From Acidimicrobiia bacterium (GTDB taxonomy: Bacteria > Actinomycetota > Acidimicrobiia > IMCC26256 > JAENVU01), in contig JBBSAM010000008.1 of NCBI GenBank assembly GCA_038252255.1, positions 75,424-139,423 on the forward strand: a DNA stretch of 64,000 nt, given 5' to 3'. The position numbers were made by a program, and so were the translations under genes. Positions within the stretch are counted from its first letter, which is position 1. Every line of letters starts with the position of its first letter. Below the pieces are notes generated by a model, which worked only from the letters and a program-made list of their open reading frames with translations, was not told the DNA's origin and did no database searches. This document shows, piece by piece, positions 26,554 through 35,528 of the stretch.

Positions 26554-27915
26554 TCAGGCGTCGACGGCCGGGAGGCGGACCACGAAGTGGGCGCCGGGCC
26601 CTGCATCCTCCACGGTGATCTGGCCGTCGTGCGCTTCGACGATCTCACGGGTGATCGCCAGGCCGAGGCCCGTGCTCGCCCCGTCACGCGATCTCGCATG
26701 GTCGATGCGGCTGAAGCGTTCGAAGACCCGCTCGCGGTCGGCCACCGGGATTCCGGGTCCATCGTCGGCGATGCCGAGCTCGATCGTGTCGTCGACCTCC
26801 TGCACCGAGATCGATACTTGCTGATTCGCGTACCGTTCGGCGTTGTCCAGCACGTTCCGGACCGCCCGTCGCAGCTGATCCGGATCCCCGAGCACCTGGC
26901 CGGCCGATACGCGGTGGACGTCCACGGAGACCTGGCCACGGGTCCGCAGGCGCTCCGCCTCGTGGAGCACGACATCGTCGAGATCGACCGGCACTCGCTT
27001 CGGCGACCCGAGGTGCGCTTCGAGCCGCGCCAGGGTGAGGAGGTCGTCCACCAGGCGTTGCATCTCGGTCACCTCCAAGAGCGCTTCCTGCTGGTCGTTG
27101 CGCCAATCCGGTTCCGATCGGGAGGCACGACTGACCTCGAGCCGCGCCCGCAGCGAGGTCAGGGGACTCTGCAGCTCGTGCGACGCGTCCGAGACGAAGC
27201 GACGCTGCCGGGCGGCGGCGTCATCGAGCCGGTCGAGCATCGAATTCATGGTCCGGGCGAGCCGGCCCACCTCGTCATGGGTCGGCGGCTCGGGCACCCG
27301 CCGGTGCAGCTCGCCTTCCCCTATCTCGCTGACCTCCGTACGGATCGCCTCCACCGGCCGCAACGCGCGCCCGGTCACCCGCCACGTCGTGAGCGCAACG
27401 AGCCCGACGAGCAGCGGGAGCCCGATGCCCAACACCAGCGCGAGGTGCTGCGTCGCGTCGTCGACCGCTTCGAGCCGGTCTCCTGCATACACGATGTCCG
27501 GACCGGTTGGAGTCTCGACGCGGCGCACGGCGACCCGGAAGCGGTCGCCGTCGAGCCCGGAGATCGTGCGGGTGACCACCCGCATCTTCGTGCTCTTCGG
27601 TGTCACCCACACCACGCGTCCTTCGTTGCGAAGGTTCTCGCTCGCGCCCAGCACCTTCCCGCTGTCCACGGAGACCACCTGAGTAAAGGCCGCGTCCTCC
27701 CTGGCTGCGGTCAGCGTCTTGGGGAGCGCCCGCCGTTTCGCGAGGGCCGCGACGTCGGCGGCGCGGTTGCGGGCCCGACGCTCGAGCCCGGCGACCAGTG
27801 CTCGTTGCTGCACCACCAGCAGGAGAATCGCGCCGGCGACGAGCGCTACCGTCACGACCAGCGTCGCGAACACGGTCGTGCGGACCCTGACGGTCGCGAA
27901 CCATCTACGTCTCAA
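26554..27915 (-). CDS. Sensor histidine kinase
   Basis: ORF 26554..28122 trimmed to TTG 27915, overlapping the regulator stop by 11 nt. H-box SHELQSPLTSL, HAMP-like linker, G boxes DDGPGIP and GLGLAI. Confidence 0.85.
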   Translation of the reverse strand: MRRRWFATVRVRTTVFATLVVTVALVAGAILLLVVQQRALVAGLERRARNRAADVAALAKRRALPKTLTAAREDAAFTQVVSVDSGKVLGASENLRNEGRVVWVTPKSTKMRVVTRTISGLDGDRFRVAVRRVETPTGPDIVYAGDRLEAVDDATQHLALVLGIGLPLLVGLVALTTWRVTGRALRPVEAIRTEVSEIGEGELHRRVPEPPTHDEVGRLARTMNSMLDRLDDAAARQRRFVSDASHELQSPLTSLRARLEVSRASRSEPDWRNDQQEALLEVTEMQRLVDDLLTLARLEAHLGSPKRVPVDLDDVVLHEAERLRTRGQVSVDVHRVSAGQVLGDPDQLRRAVRNVLDNAERYANQQVSISVQEVDDTIELGIADDGPGIPVADRERVFERFSRIDHARSRDGASTGLGLAITREIVEAHDGQITVEDAGPGAHFVVRLPAVDA

Positions 27916-28585
27916 CGTCGACCCGGTACCCCGCGCCTCGAACCGTCTGGATCGTGGCCCGGCCGAAGGGCTCGTCGACCTTGCGGCGGAGCCGGCGCAC
28001 GTAGACCTCGACGATGTTGTCGTCGCCCTCGAATGCGAAGTCCCAGACGTGCTCCAGCAGCTCCCGTTTGCTGACGGCCGTGCCGGCGCGCCGCGCCAGG
28101 TACTCGAGCACCGCGAACTCACGTGGGCTCAGCGCGATCTCCATGTCGCCGCGGAGGCACTGGTGCGCCGCGGGATCAAGGTGGAGATCACCGATCTCGA
28201 TGATCGCCGGCCGCTCGGCTCGTCCGCGCCGGACCAACGCCCGCAGCCGGGCGAGCAGCACCACGAACGAGAACGGCTTCGACAGGAAGTCGTCTGCGCC
28301 GGTATCGAGCGCTTCGGCCTCGTCGTACTCACCGCGCTTCGCGGTCAGCATCAGGATCGGCGTCCAGTTCCCTGCCTCGCGCAGACCCGCGCAGAGGCGG
28401 TAGCCGTTGATCCCCGGCAACATGACGTCCAGGACGATCGCGTCGTAGTGCTGCTCGGTCGCCATCCACTGGCCATCCGTACCGTCGAGCGCGACGTCGA
28501 CCGCGTAGCCTTCTTGTTCGAGCCCCCGCTTCACGGTGGCGGCGAGCCGCTTGTCATCCTCGATCACGAGGATCTTCATCGTCAC
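27905..28585 (-). CDS. OmpR/PhoB-family response regulator
   Basis: MKILVIEDD.., acceptor region VLDVMLPGINGY, C-terminal winged helix ..VYVRRLRRKVD..IQTVRGAGYRV. Confidence 0.92.
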   Translation of the reverse strand: MTMKILVIEDDKRLAATVKRGLEQEGYAVDVALDGTDGQWMATEQHYDAIVLDVMLPGINGYRLCAGLREAGNWTPILMLTAKRGEYDEAEALDTGADDFLSKPFSFVVLLARLRALVRRGRAERPAIIEIGDLHLDPAAHQCLRGDMEIALSPREFAVLEYLARRAGTAVSKRELLEHVWDFAFEGDDNIVEVYVRRLRRKVDEPFGRATIQTVRGAGYRVDVET

Positions 28586-28662
28586 CTCCGCGGCATGAAC
28601 CCTCCCGGGCCGCGAGCGGACACGAGACGAGAGGAATCCCGCGCCTACGGTACGCTCCCCTG

Positions 28663-28712
28663 CTGAACACCCGCTGAACGCGCTCGCGGATCGGCGTTCA
28701 GCGTTCCTTCAG
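28663..28712. promoter_or_regulatory. Four CTGAAC-type hexamers as two inverted 11-bp-phased pairs
   Basis: CTGAAC 28663-68 and CTGAAC 28674-79 on the plus strand. GTTCAG 28696-701 and CTTCAG 28707-12 read as CTGAAC/CTGAAG on the minus strand. Located in the divergent promoter region between the regulator operon and the GT87-like gene. Confidence 0.6.
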
Positions 28713-28727
28713 CCGGGGCGGCACAGC

Positions 28728-30041
28728 ATGCGCAGACCTCGAAACGGGGGAGCTCCCACGACCGAGATCATGGCTCGCGACCTGCGGGACACCGACTCAT
28801 CCGCCGGCGAAGCGAACAGGCCGGCCCGACGCTTTCCTACGCGGATGGTCGTCGCGACCGTGGTCATGCTCGTCCTCGCGTACGCGATCCAGATCGCGGT
28901 GTACGGCAACGGTGGACATAGCTCGCTGAGCGACCTGCCGCGGGTGTTCCTCCACCGCGGGGTCGGCCCCGGTGCGCTGCCGTACGTCAACCGGGTCACG
29001 GAATACCCGATCGGCTCCGGCGTCCTGCTCTACCTCGCGGCGCTCGTCTCCCCGACTCCCCTCGGCGTGCTCACGACGACCGCGGCCGCCGCCGGTGCAC
29101 TCTGCGTCTGGATCACCGTGATGCTCGAACGGCGTTGCGGTTCGCGCGCGTGGCGTTGGGCGATCGGAACCCCGCTGTTGCTCTTCGCGTTCCAGAACTG
29201 GGACGTGTTCGCCATCGCCGCGGTCGTCGGTGCATTGCTGGCCTACGAGCGCCGACGCGACCGCCTGACCGGAGCCTTTCTCGCCCTCGGGGCTGCGGTG
29301 AAGCTGTTCCCGGCCGTCTTGATCCCGCCGCTCTTCGCCCGTCGCTGGTCGGAAGGCGACCGGCGCGGCGCTCGCCGGCTGGCGGTGTCCGGCATCGGTG
29401 TCCTGGCGCTGCTCAACCTTCCCTTCGCCGTCGCCAACCCGAGTGGGTGGTGGTGGCCGTTCGCGTTTCAGAGCCAACGCAACGCGACGTGGGGAAGCGC
29501 GTGGTACTGGGTGTACCGGCTCGTCGGCCTCCCGGTGCACGGCGCGAGCGGAGCGCAGTTCGCGAACGCCGTCTCCTTCGCCGCGCTCCTTGTGGGCATC
29601 GGATGGCTCACGTATCGCGCGGCCCGCATGAGGTTGGAACCGTTCGCGATCGCGGCGGGCGCGGTGGCGATCTTCGTGCTCTGCAACAAGGTGTACTCAC
29701 CGACGTACGACGTCTGGCTCGTCGCCTTCTTCGTGTTGCTCCCGCTCCCCCGCCGACTGTGGGTCGGCTTCTGCGTGGTCGACGTCGCCGTGTTCGCCAC
29801 GGTCTACGGCTACCTCCACGGTGTCGACTCCTCGGGGTTCGTGCACGCGGTGCTCCCGTGGCTGGTGCTCGCCCGAACGCTCGTCCTCGTCCGGGTGATC
29901 TACCTCGCGACGCGTGCGCCGGCGGGGGTGAAGGAGACCGACACGGTCGCCGTCCCCCCGCGGGAACCGGCACGGTCACCGTTGTCGGAGATCGTCCCCG
30001 CGCCGACGGTCTTCACGGGATCCCCGCGCTCTCCCGCTTGA
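28728..30041 (+). CDS. GT-C fold membrane glycosyltransferase (GT87/DUF2029-like)
   Basis: 437 aa and polytopic. FQNWDVFAIAAVVGALLAYERRRD..ALGAAVKLFPAVLIPP resembles DUF2029 mannosyltransferases. Confidence 0.55.
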   Translation: MRRPRNGGAPTTEIMARDLRDTDSSAGEANRPARRFPTRMVVATVVMLVLAYAIQIAVYGNGGHSSLSDLPRVFLHRGVGPGALPYVNRVTEYPIGSGVLLYLAALVSPTPLGVLTTTAAAAGALCVWITVMLERRCGSRAWRWAIGTPLLLFAFQNWDVFAIAAVVGALLAYERRRDRLTGAFLALGAAVKLFPAVLIPPLFARRWSEGDRRGARRLAVSGIGVLALLNLPFAVANPSGWWWPFAFQSQRNATWGSAWYWVYRLVGLPVHGASGAQFANAVSFAALLVGIGWLTYRAARMRLEPFAIAAGAVAIFVLCNKVYSPTYDVWLVAFFVLLPLPRRLWVGFCVVDVAVFATVYGYLHGVDSSGFVHAVLPWLVLARTLVLVRVIYLATRAPAGVKETDTVAVPPREPARSPLSEIVPAPTVFTGSPRSPA

Positions 30042-30076
30042 TCTTCGAGCGCCGATTCGTAGTCTGAGCCGGTCCG

Positions 30077-32758
30077 CTAGGAGCGGTAGTGGCCGCCCAT
30101 GCCGTCGCCATAGCCGTGGTGAGACCCTTGATGGTCCGAGTGGCCGGAATCGTTCCCATGGTCGTGGTCATCCGATCCCGACCGGTGCGGTCCGTCACAG
30201 CAGTGCGAACGACCGTCCGTCGGCGCGGCGAGCTCGAGCACCTGCTGGAACGTCGGACGGTTGACGGCGCGCATCGTGTCGGGAATGAGACCCGGCGTGA
30301 AGCCGACACGACGAGAAGCGCTGCGCCATGCGGTGGGATCGGATCCCTGGGTCGCGGCGAGGCTGGATGCAACCTGGTCCACGACTGCCCACAGTGACGC
30401 TCGGCACGCGTCGAGCGAGCCGTTCCCGCAGTAGCGCAGGTTGAACTTGCCCTTCACGGGCTGATCGAGCAGCGTGCGCAGGTCCTTGTCGACATAGGAC
30501 TCACCCGAGAGGCTGCCGAGGCCGCGGATGCTGTCGAGCGCGCCGATCAGGTCTCCGTACACCGGCCGCATCACGGCCTGCGCAATCGGGTTCCAGAGCG
30601 CGTCCATGACCGTCGGCCCGGCGTCGTCCCATTGCCCGCTGTTGTCTGCGTCGAGCACCGGCGCATCGCGGCGCACCCAGTCGTCGAGCAGAGCTACGAC
30701 TCGCGCGTCGAGCTCGTTCGGCGCCGCGCCGCCATGCAGCACCTTGCTCACGACCGGCCAGACCGGCGAGCGGACGTCTTCGGTCGCGGCGCGGTTCATC
30801 ACGCTGACGTCGTCGGCCAGCTTCACGCGGCTCGGGAACTGGTCGAACAGCTCGACACGGTGGACCGAGCCGTACGGATCGTCGTCGCCGTGCATGAAGC
30901 CCGGCGCGGACTGGTTGTTCCAGTTCAACAGGATCCCGTTCGGGCCGGCCTCGCTGTGCGGGTGCTCCCGGGCACTGAGGAACCCGCGCCATTCGTAGTC
31001 ACCGGTGCCGAGTGTGGGCAGCCGGCGATCCAACCCCGGCGCCCGCACCGGGAGGAGACCGGACGAGAAGTAGGCCGTGTTGGTGCGGGAGACGTAGCCC
31101 CAGTTGAACGTGAAGCCGAACTCGTTGGCCGCGTCGAAGAAGCGCTCGGGCGTCGACGCCCTGCCTTCGGTCATGTCCTTCAGCGCGGCGAGGTTCAGGC
31201 CGTCGCGGCCGAAGGTGGAACGTTGGCGGGTGAGCGCTACGGGCCGGCCGTCGGACGTTGCCGTCCCGATCAACGGCCCGTGCACCGACCGCGGGTAGAC
31301 GACCGGCGAGCCGTTGAGCGTGCCCGCATCGAAGCTCTCGAAGGGACGGCACACACCTTGGAACATGTAGTGATCCGACTCGCGCGTCGGCGGCGTGCCA
31401 TCCGGGTTGCACAGCTGCTCGACGAACACGTCACGCACGTCCTGGTTCGCGGACGTGAGGCTCCACGCGTAGTTCCGGGTCCGGCCGATGAGGAGGTACA
31501 TCGCCGCGCCGGGGACGGCCACCCCCTGCGCCTCGATGCCGGGACCACTCAGATGAATCTGCTCGACGATCTCGGGGTAGTAGTAACCGAGCTGCGGACC
31601 CATCACGGCCAGCGCGTTGCCCGTCGCCGACCGGGTCGGGTCGACGATGAGGAAGTTCGACGCCTGCTTCGACGGTACGGGCCCCGCAGCCGGATACGTC
31701 GGTTGATCGCTCGGCGCGGTCCCGGACGGTGCCACGGGTGCCCCCGAAAGCGTGGTAGCCGCCGCTCGGACCGTGGCGGGTGCTGCCGGGGCCGCGGGCG
31801 CGCTGCTCTGCCGGGGGTCGAACGAGACGATCGAGCCTTCGTCGATCGTCGCGGAGCCGGTCACGGGCCCGCCGGTGAAGATCCCGTAGTCGAACGGGCG
31901 CTTGATCGTGGTCGGGGCCTCGGGGTCGCCGAACAACATCGCGTCGTCCCAGGCCTTGCGGCCGGTGTCGGCGCCCAGATGGTTCTGCAGCTTCGACAGG
32001 AACTCGGCGTTGGACGCCTCGGCTCCCCCGCCCGCGCCGAAGATCGAGCCGATGAAGGCCGTCACCGCGATGATGTCGTTGACGGTGACCGGTGGCTGAA
32101 CGACCCCGTGTGACCCGAAGTACGCATTGATGCCGTCCGCTTCGGCCTGCAGGTCGGCGATGATCTGCCGTCCCTTGTCGCCGTAGGTCTGGACGATGAG
32201 GTTCGCCTGGTCGGTGAGGAGCTGCTCCGAGTCGGCACTCGGCACGAACGACTGCCCGCTCGTGACGAGACCGAACGCGTTGATGCCCGGGACATCGGCC
32301 ACCGCCGCCCGCGCCGGGCCGCGCCCGAGCTGGAGAAGCAGACCGCGGTCTCGCGCCGTCACCCAGCCGGCACCGAAGGCAAGGTCGGCACGGGTCTTGC
32401 CGTACACGTGGGGAACGCCGTACGAGTCATAGGTGATCGTGGTACCGGGCCGCCCGGTGGGCTCGTCGCGCGTGGCCCCGACCGGCTTGAAGTCCTCGGG
32501 GAGGAAGTGGCTCTCGATGTCCGCGTCCGTGACGTTGCCGCGCAGCGGGGTCAGGCCGTCGTAGAGCGGGAGCTGGTCGAGTGACTCGGCGGTCGTGGGG
32601 AGGCCGCCGTAGTTGCCCGGCGGCAGGATGTAGCGGGCCCGGTCTGGTGTGATGGGTGGAGACCCGTCGTGGGCGCCGGCCGGCGCGGCGACGAGGCTCG
32701 CGAAGATGAGGCCGGTCGTCACGGCGAGTGCGCCGACGCGGCGAAGGCTGACGTCCAT
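30077..32758 (-). CDS. Penicillin acylase family protein (Ntn hydrolase, S45), secreted
   Basis: ORF 30077..32854 trimmed to ATG 32758 (MDVSLRRVGALAVTTGLIFASLVAAPAGA signal). The SNFLIVDP..GPQLGYYYPEI block fits a beta-subunit N-terminal Ser. His/Asp/Gly-rich C-terminal tail. Confidence 0.8.
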   Translation of the reverse strand: MDVSLRRVGALAVTTGLIFASLVAAPAGAHDGSPPITPDRARYILPPGNYGGLPTTAESLDQLPLYDGLTPLRGNVTDADIESHFLPEDFKPVGATRDEPTGRPGTTITYDSYGVPHVYGKTRADLAFGAGWVTARDRGLLLQLGRGPARAAVADVPGINAFGLVTSGQSFVPSADSEQLLTDQANLIVQTYGDKGRQIIADLQAEADGINAYFGSHGVVQPPVTVNDIIAVTAFIGSIFGAGGGAEASNAEFLSKLQNHLGADTGRKAWDDAMLFGDPEAPTTIKRPFDYGIFTGGPVTGSATIDEGSIVSFDPRQSSAPAAPAAPATVRAAATTLSGAPVAPSGTAPSDQPTYPAAGPVPSKQASNFLIVDPTRSATGNALAVMGPQLGYYYPEIVEQIHLSGPGIEAQGVAVPGAAMYLLIGRTRNYAWSLTSANQDVRDVFVEQLCNPDGTPPTRESDHYMFQGVCRPFESFDAGTLNGSPVVYPRSVHGPLIGTATSDGRPVALTRQRSTFGRDGLNLAALKDMTEGRASTPERFFDAANEFGFTFNWGYVSRTNTAYFSSGLLPVRAPGLDRRLPTLGTGDYEWRGFLSAREHPHSEAGPNGILLNWNNQSAPGFMHGDDDPYGSVHRVELFDQFPSRVKLADDVSVMNRAATEDVRSPVWPVVSKVLHGGAAPNELDARVVALLDDWVRRDAPVLDADNSGQWDDAGPTVMDALWNPIAQAVMRPVYGDLIGALDSIRGLGSLSGESYVDKDLRTLLDQPVKGKFNLRYCGNGSLDACRASLWAVVDQVASSLAATQGSDPTAWRSASRRVGFTPGLIPDTMRAVNRPTFQQVLELAAPTDGRSHCCDGPHRSGSDDHDHGNDSGHSDHQGSHHGYGDGMGGHYRS

Positions 32759-32871
32759 GTTTGCCCCCCGAGAAGCTGCTTCATAGCGGACGGTACCCCA
32801 CGTGCGCCGATCCCACGCTCGAGACCGACCGACCACGCGGATGGCCCGGCCCACCCCGCCGGGCGATCGCC

Positions 32872-34035
32872 TCAGCGGTAGTTGCCGGTGTGGCCCAAGC
32901 TGAACCGGCCGGGTTGGGGGAAGATGGCCAGTCCGTGGGGACCGTTGCCCACGGGAATGGTGGCGGTGAGCCGGCCCGATCTGGTGTCGACCACGTAGAC
33001 CGAGCTGTTGTAGCGCCCGGTCACCCAGAATTGCGTGCCGTCGGCCGAGACCCCTCCCATGTCCGGGGTCCCGCCGATCAGCCAGGTGGCGACCACCCGG
33101 CGGGTCGCGAAGTCGATCACGGAGATCGAGCCTGCGAGCCGGTTGGTCACGTAGAGCTGGGTGCCGTCGCGGCTGACGTACAACCCGTGAGCGCCTCGCG
33201 CCGTCGGGATGAACCCGACCTCGCGCATCGTCACCGGGTCCACGATCGAGACCCCGCTCCGACCCTGGTTCGCGACGTACATCACCGTGCCGTCGGGTGA
33301 CGACTTCACGTCGATGGGCATTCCGCCGACGTTGAGCTCACCGGTAACCGTCATCGTGTCGAGGTCGATGCGCACGAGCCAACCGGAGAACTCGCAGCTC
33401 GCGAGCATCACCTTCCCGTTCGGACTGAAGTCCGCGTGGTTCACGCCTGCGTGCGCGATCGGGACCGCCTTGATGAGCGCGAACGTCTTCGGATCGCGAA
33501 AGTCGACTTGGGAGTTGCGCTCCGCCATGACGATCGCGCGCGAGCCGTCGGGCGCGAAGTACAAGTTGTAGGGGTCGGGGACGGGAATGGGCACACCCGG
33601 CTTGCCGGTCATCGGGTCGATCGGCGTGAGGGAGTTCCCCCGGTTGTTGTTCACGTAGAGGGTCTTGAGGTCATACGCGGGGACGACGTGCTGGGGGGTG
33701 GCGCCGACCTGGTAGTGGCCGATGACCCGCATCGTCGCGGGGTCGATCACGTCCAGGGTGTTCGAGAGGGTGTTCGGCACGTAGACCCGCGTCGGCACTC
33801 CCGCCACGGCCGGGCTCAGCATTCCGACCCCCGTGTACGCGTACACGTTCACCCCCGGGCCCGCGCCGGTCACCGGGTCCCGCGCCGGCAGCGTGCTCGT
33901 CGTGGTCGGCGACGGCGCCGCCGCCCGCGCCGTGGACGTCACGGTACCGGCGGAATTCGATCCACCTCCGCCACAGGCCGTGCTCGCCAGCACGAGCGCG
34001 ATCGCGCCGGCCCGCCACAGTCCCGCGTGCCTCAT
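32872..34035 (-). CDS. YVTN-family beta-propeller repeat lipoprotein
   Basis: Lipobox LASTACGG. Repeats LYVNNNRGNSLTPID, MYVANQGRSGVSIVD, LYVTNRLAGSISVID. ATG overlaps the stop of the upstream Kelch gene (ATGA). Confidence 0.8.
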   Translation of the reverse strand: MRHAGLWRAGAIALVLASTACGGGGSNSAGTVTSTARAAAPSPTTTSTLPARDPVTGAGPGVNVYAYTGVGMLSPAVAGVPTRVYVPNTLSNTLDVIDPATMRVIGHYQVGATPQHVVPAYDLKTLYVNNNRGNSLTPIDPMTGKPGVPIPVPDPYNLYFAPDGSRAIVMAERNSQVDFRDPKTFALIKAVPIAHAGVNHADFSPNGKVMLASCEFSGWLVRIDLDTMTVTGELNVGGMPIDVKSSPDGTVMYVANQGRSGVSIVDPVTMREVGFIPTARGAHGLYVSRDGTQLYVTNRLAGSISVIDFATRRVVATWLIGGTPDMGGVSADGTQFWVTGRYNSSVYVVDTRSGRLTATIPVGNGPHGLAIFPQPGRFSLGHTGNYR

Positions 34036-35051
34036 CGGACCTCCAGGACCGAGACCGTCGACAAGATGGCCGGGCTCTCACCGCCCACCAGGTAAGCGCG
34101 ATCTCCGAGTACGGCCACGGCGGCGTCCACGACCGGGGTCGACAGGGTGGCGACCGGGGTCAGGGTCGCGCCGGGCGCGGCGCCCGAGCCGACATCGAGT
34201 CGCCAGACCTGCGCGGATGGCCGGCCGCCCCACTCGCCGCCGAAGACATAGACGCGACCGCTCACGGTCGCGGCGACGGCATCGGACAGGGTCTCGGGCA
34301 GGTCTCCGATCGTACGGGTCGTGCCGGTCGTCGTGTCGAGCAGCTGGACCGTGCGCACGGCGCCGTCCGCCGTAGATCCGCCGATCACGTAGACCGCGGT
34401 GCCGAGCGCCGCGACCGCCGGGTACCGCACGGGCACCGGCAGGTCACCGAGCAGGGTGAAGGTCATGCCGTCGGTCGTCGCGAGCGCGGTAGCGCGAATG
34501 CTCGACCCGTCGTAGCCACCGACCAGAAACGTGCGGGCTCCCAAGGTCGCGGCCGCGAGATCCGAGCGGGGAATCGGCAGCCGGCCCACGACGTGCGAAC
34601 CTCCGTCCGGACCGAAGGCCTGCACCGCCGCGGTCTCGGTGCTGTTGCCGCCGCCGAAGACCATCGGCGCGCCGTTGACCAGCGCCCCGGCCGCGTCGTG
34701 CACCGCGGCACCGAGCGCACCCACCTTCGCCACAGTCCCGGTGGCCGGGTCCAGAGCCAGCACCTCGGAGGTCGTCTGCCGGTTGCCGTCGAGCCCGCCG
34801 AGCAGGAGCAACCGGCTGCCGTCGGCGACGAGCACTGCGCGGGCCGAAGCCCGAGGCAGCGTCCACGGGGCCAGCGACACCTTCACGACCGGAACGTGCG
34901 GAGCTACGGACGTGGAGGTGGTCGAAGATCGACGGGCCGTGGATCGCGTCGGGGTGACGCCCGGCGTGCTCCCACCGCTACTGCACGCGGCGAGCCCCAG
35001 GGCCAGGCCGGCCCCGGCTGCGAGCAGGCGGAGCGTTCCGAAGGCAGGCAC
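34032..35051 (-). CDS. Kelch-repeat lipoprotein
   Basis: ORF 34032..35147; GTG 35051 chosen, giving VPAFGTLRLLAAGAGLALGLAACSS (signal plus lipobox). Repeated ..GG..DG.. blades (LLLLGGLDGN, FLVGGYDG, VYVIGGSTADG, VYVFGGEWGG). ATG 35147 is an alternative start. Confidence 0.7.
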   Translation of the reverse strand: MPAFGTLRLLAAGAGLALGLAACSSGGSTPGVTPTRSTARRSSTTSTSVAPHVPVVKVSLAPWTLPRASARAVLVADGSRLLLLGGLDGNRQTTSEVLALDPATGTVAKVGALGAAVHDAAGALVNGAPMVFGGGNSTETAAVQAFGPDGGSHVVGRLPIPRSDLAAATLGARTFLVGGYDGSSIRATALATTDGMTFTLLGDLPVPVRYPAVAALGTAVYVIGGSTADGAVRTVQLLDTTTGTTRTIGDLPETLSDAVAATVSGRVYVFGGEWGGRPSAQVWRLDVGSGAAPGATLTPVATLSTPVVDAAVAVLGDRAYLVGGESPAILSTVSVLEVR

Positions 35052-35076
35052 CTCGGCGGACCGTAAGTGGGGCCAC

Positions 35077-35093
35077 CTGAACGATCGCTGAAG
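35077..35093. promoter_or_regulatory. CTGAAC-N5-CTGAAG direct repeat upstream of the Kelch/YVTN genes
   Basis: CTGAAC 35077-82 and CTGAAG 35088-93, phased by 11 bp, between the VOC stop (35120) and the preferred Kelch start (35051). Confidence 0.45.
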
Positions 35094-35119
35094 GGTCGCC
35101 ACGGCTGGGCGGCTCGATC

Positions 35120-35482
35120 TCAAAGCTCGGAGGCAGGCAGCATGCACAGCTCATTGCCCTCCGGATCGGCGAGCACGACCCACGGCACATCCCCGTGGCC
35201 GACATCGATGGGCGTCGCCCCCGCCGCGATCAACCGCTCCACGGTCCGCTCCCGATCACCTGCGTCAACAGTGCCGATGTCGAGGTGGATGCGGTTCTTC
35301 CCCCACTTCGGCTCGGGAACGGCCAGGAACACGAGGGCAGGGGAACGCCGGTTGCGGGCGGGCGCGATCTCCGCTTCGTCGGATGCCGACGAGACGACGG
35401 ACCACTCCAGTGCGGCGGCCCACCAGCGTGCCGCCGCACCTGGATAGGGCGAGTCGATCCCGACTGAGACGAACTGCTCCAC
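35120..35482 (-). CDS. VOC (glyoxalase-like) family protein
   Basis: 120 aa; ..WWAAALEW..ALVFLAVPEPKWGKNRIHLDI..VVLADPEGNELC, typical of a glyoxalase-like domain. Confidence 0.8.
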   Translation of the reverse strand: MEQFVSVGIDSPYPGAAARWWAAALEWSVVSSASDEAEIAPARNRRSPALVFLAVPEPKWGKNRIHLDIGTVDAGDRERTVERLIAAGATPIDVGHGDVPWVVLADPEGNELCMLPASEL

Positions 35483-35528
35483 AGAGCGAAAGGTACGCGA
35501 CGCGACGCCTTGGGTCCCCTCGCCCCGG

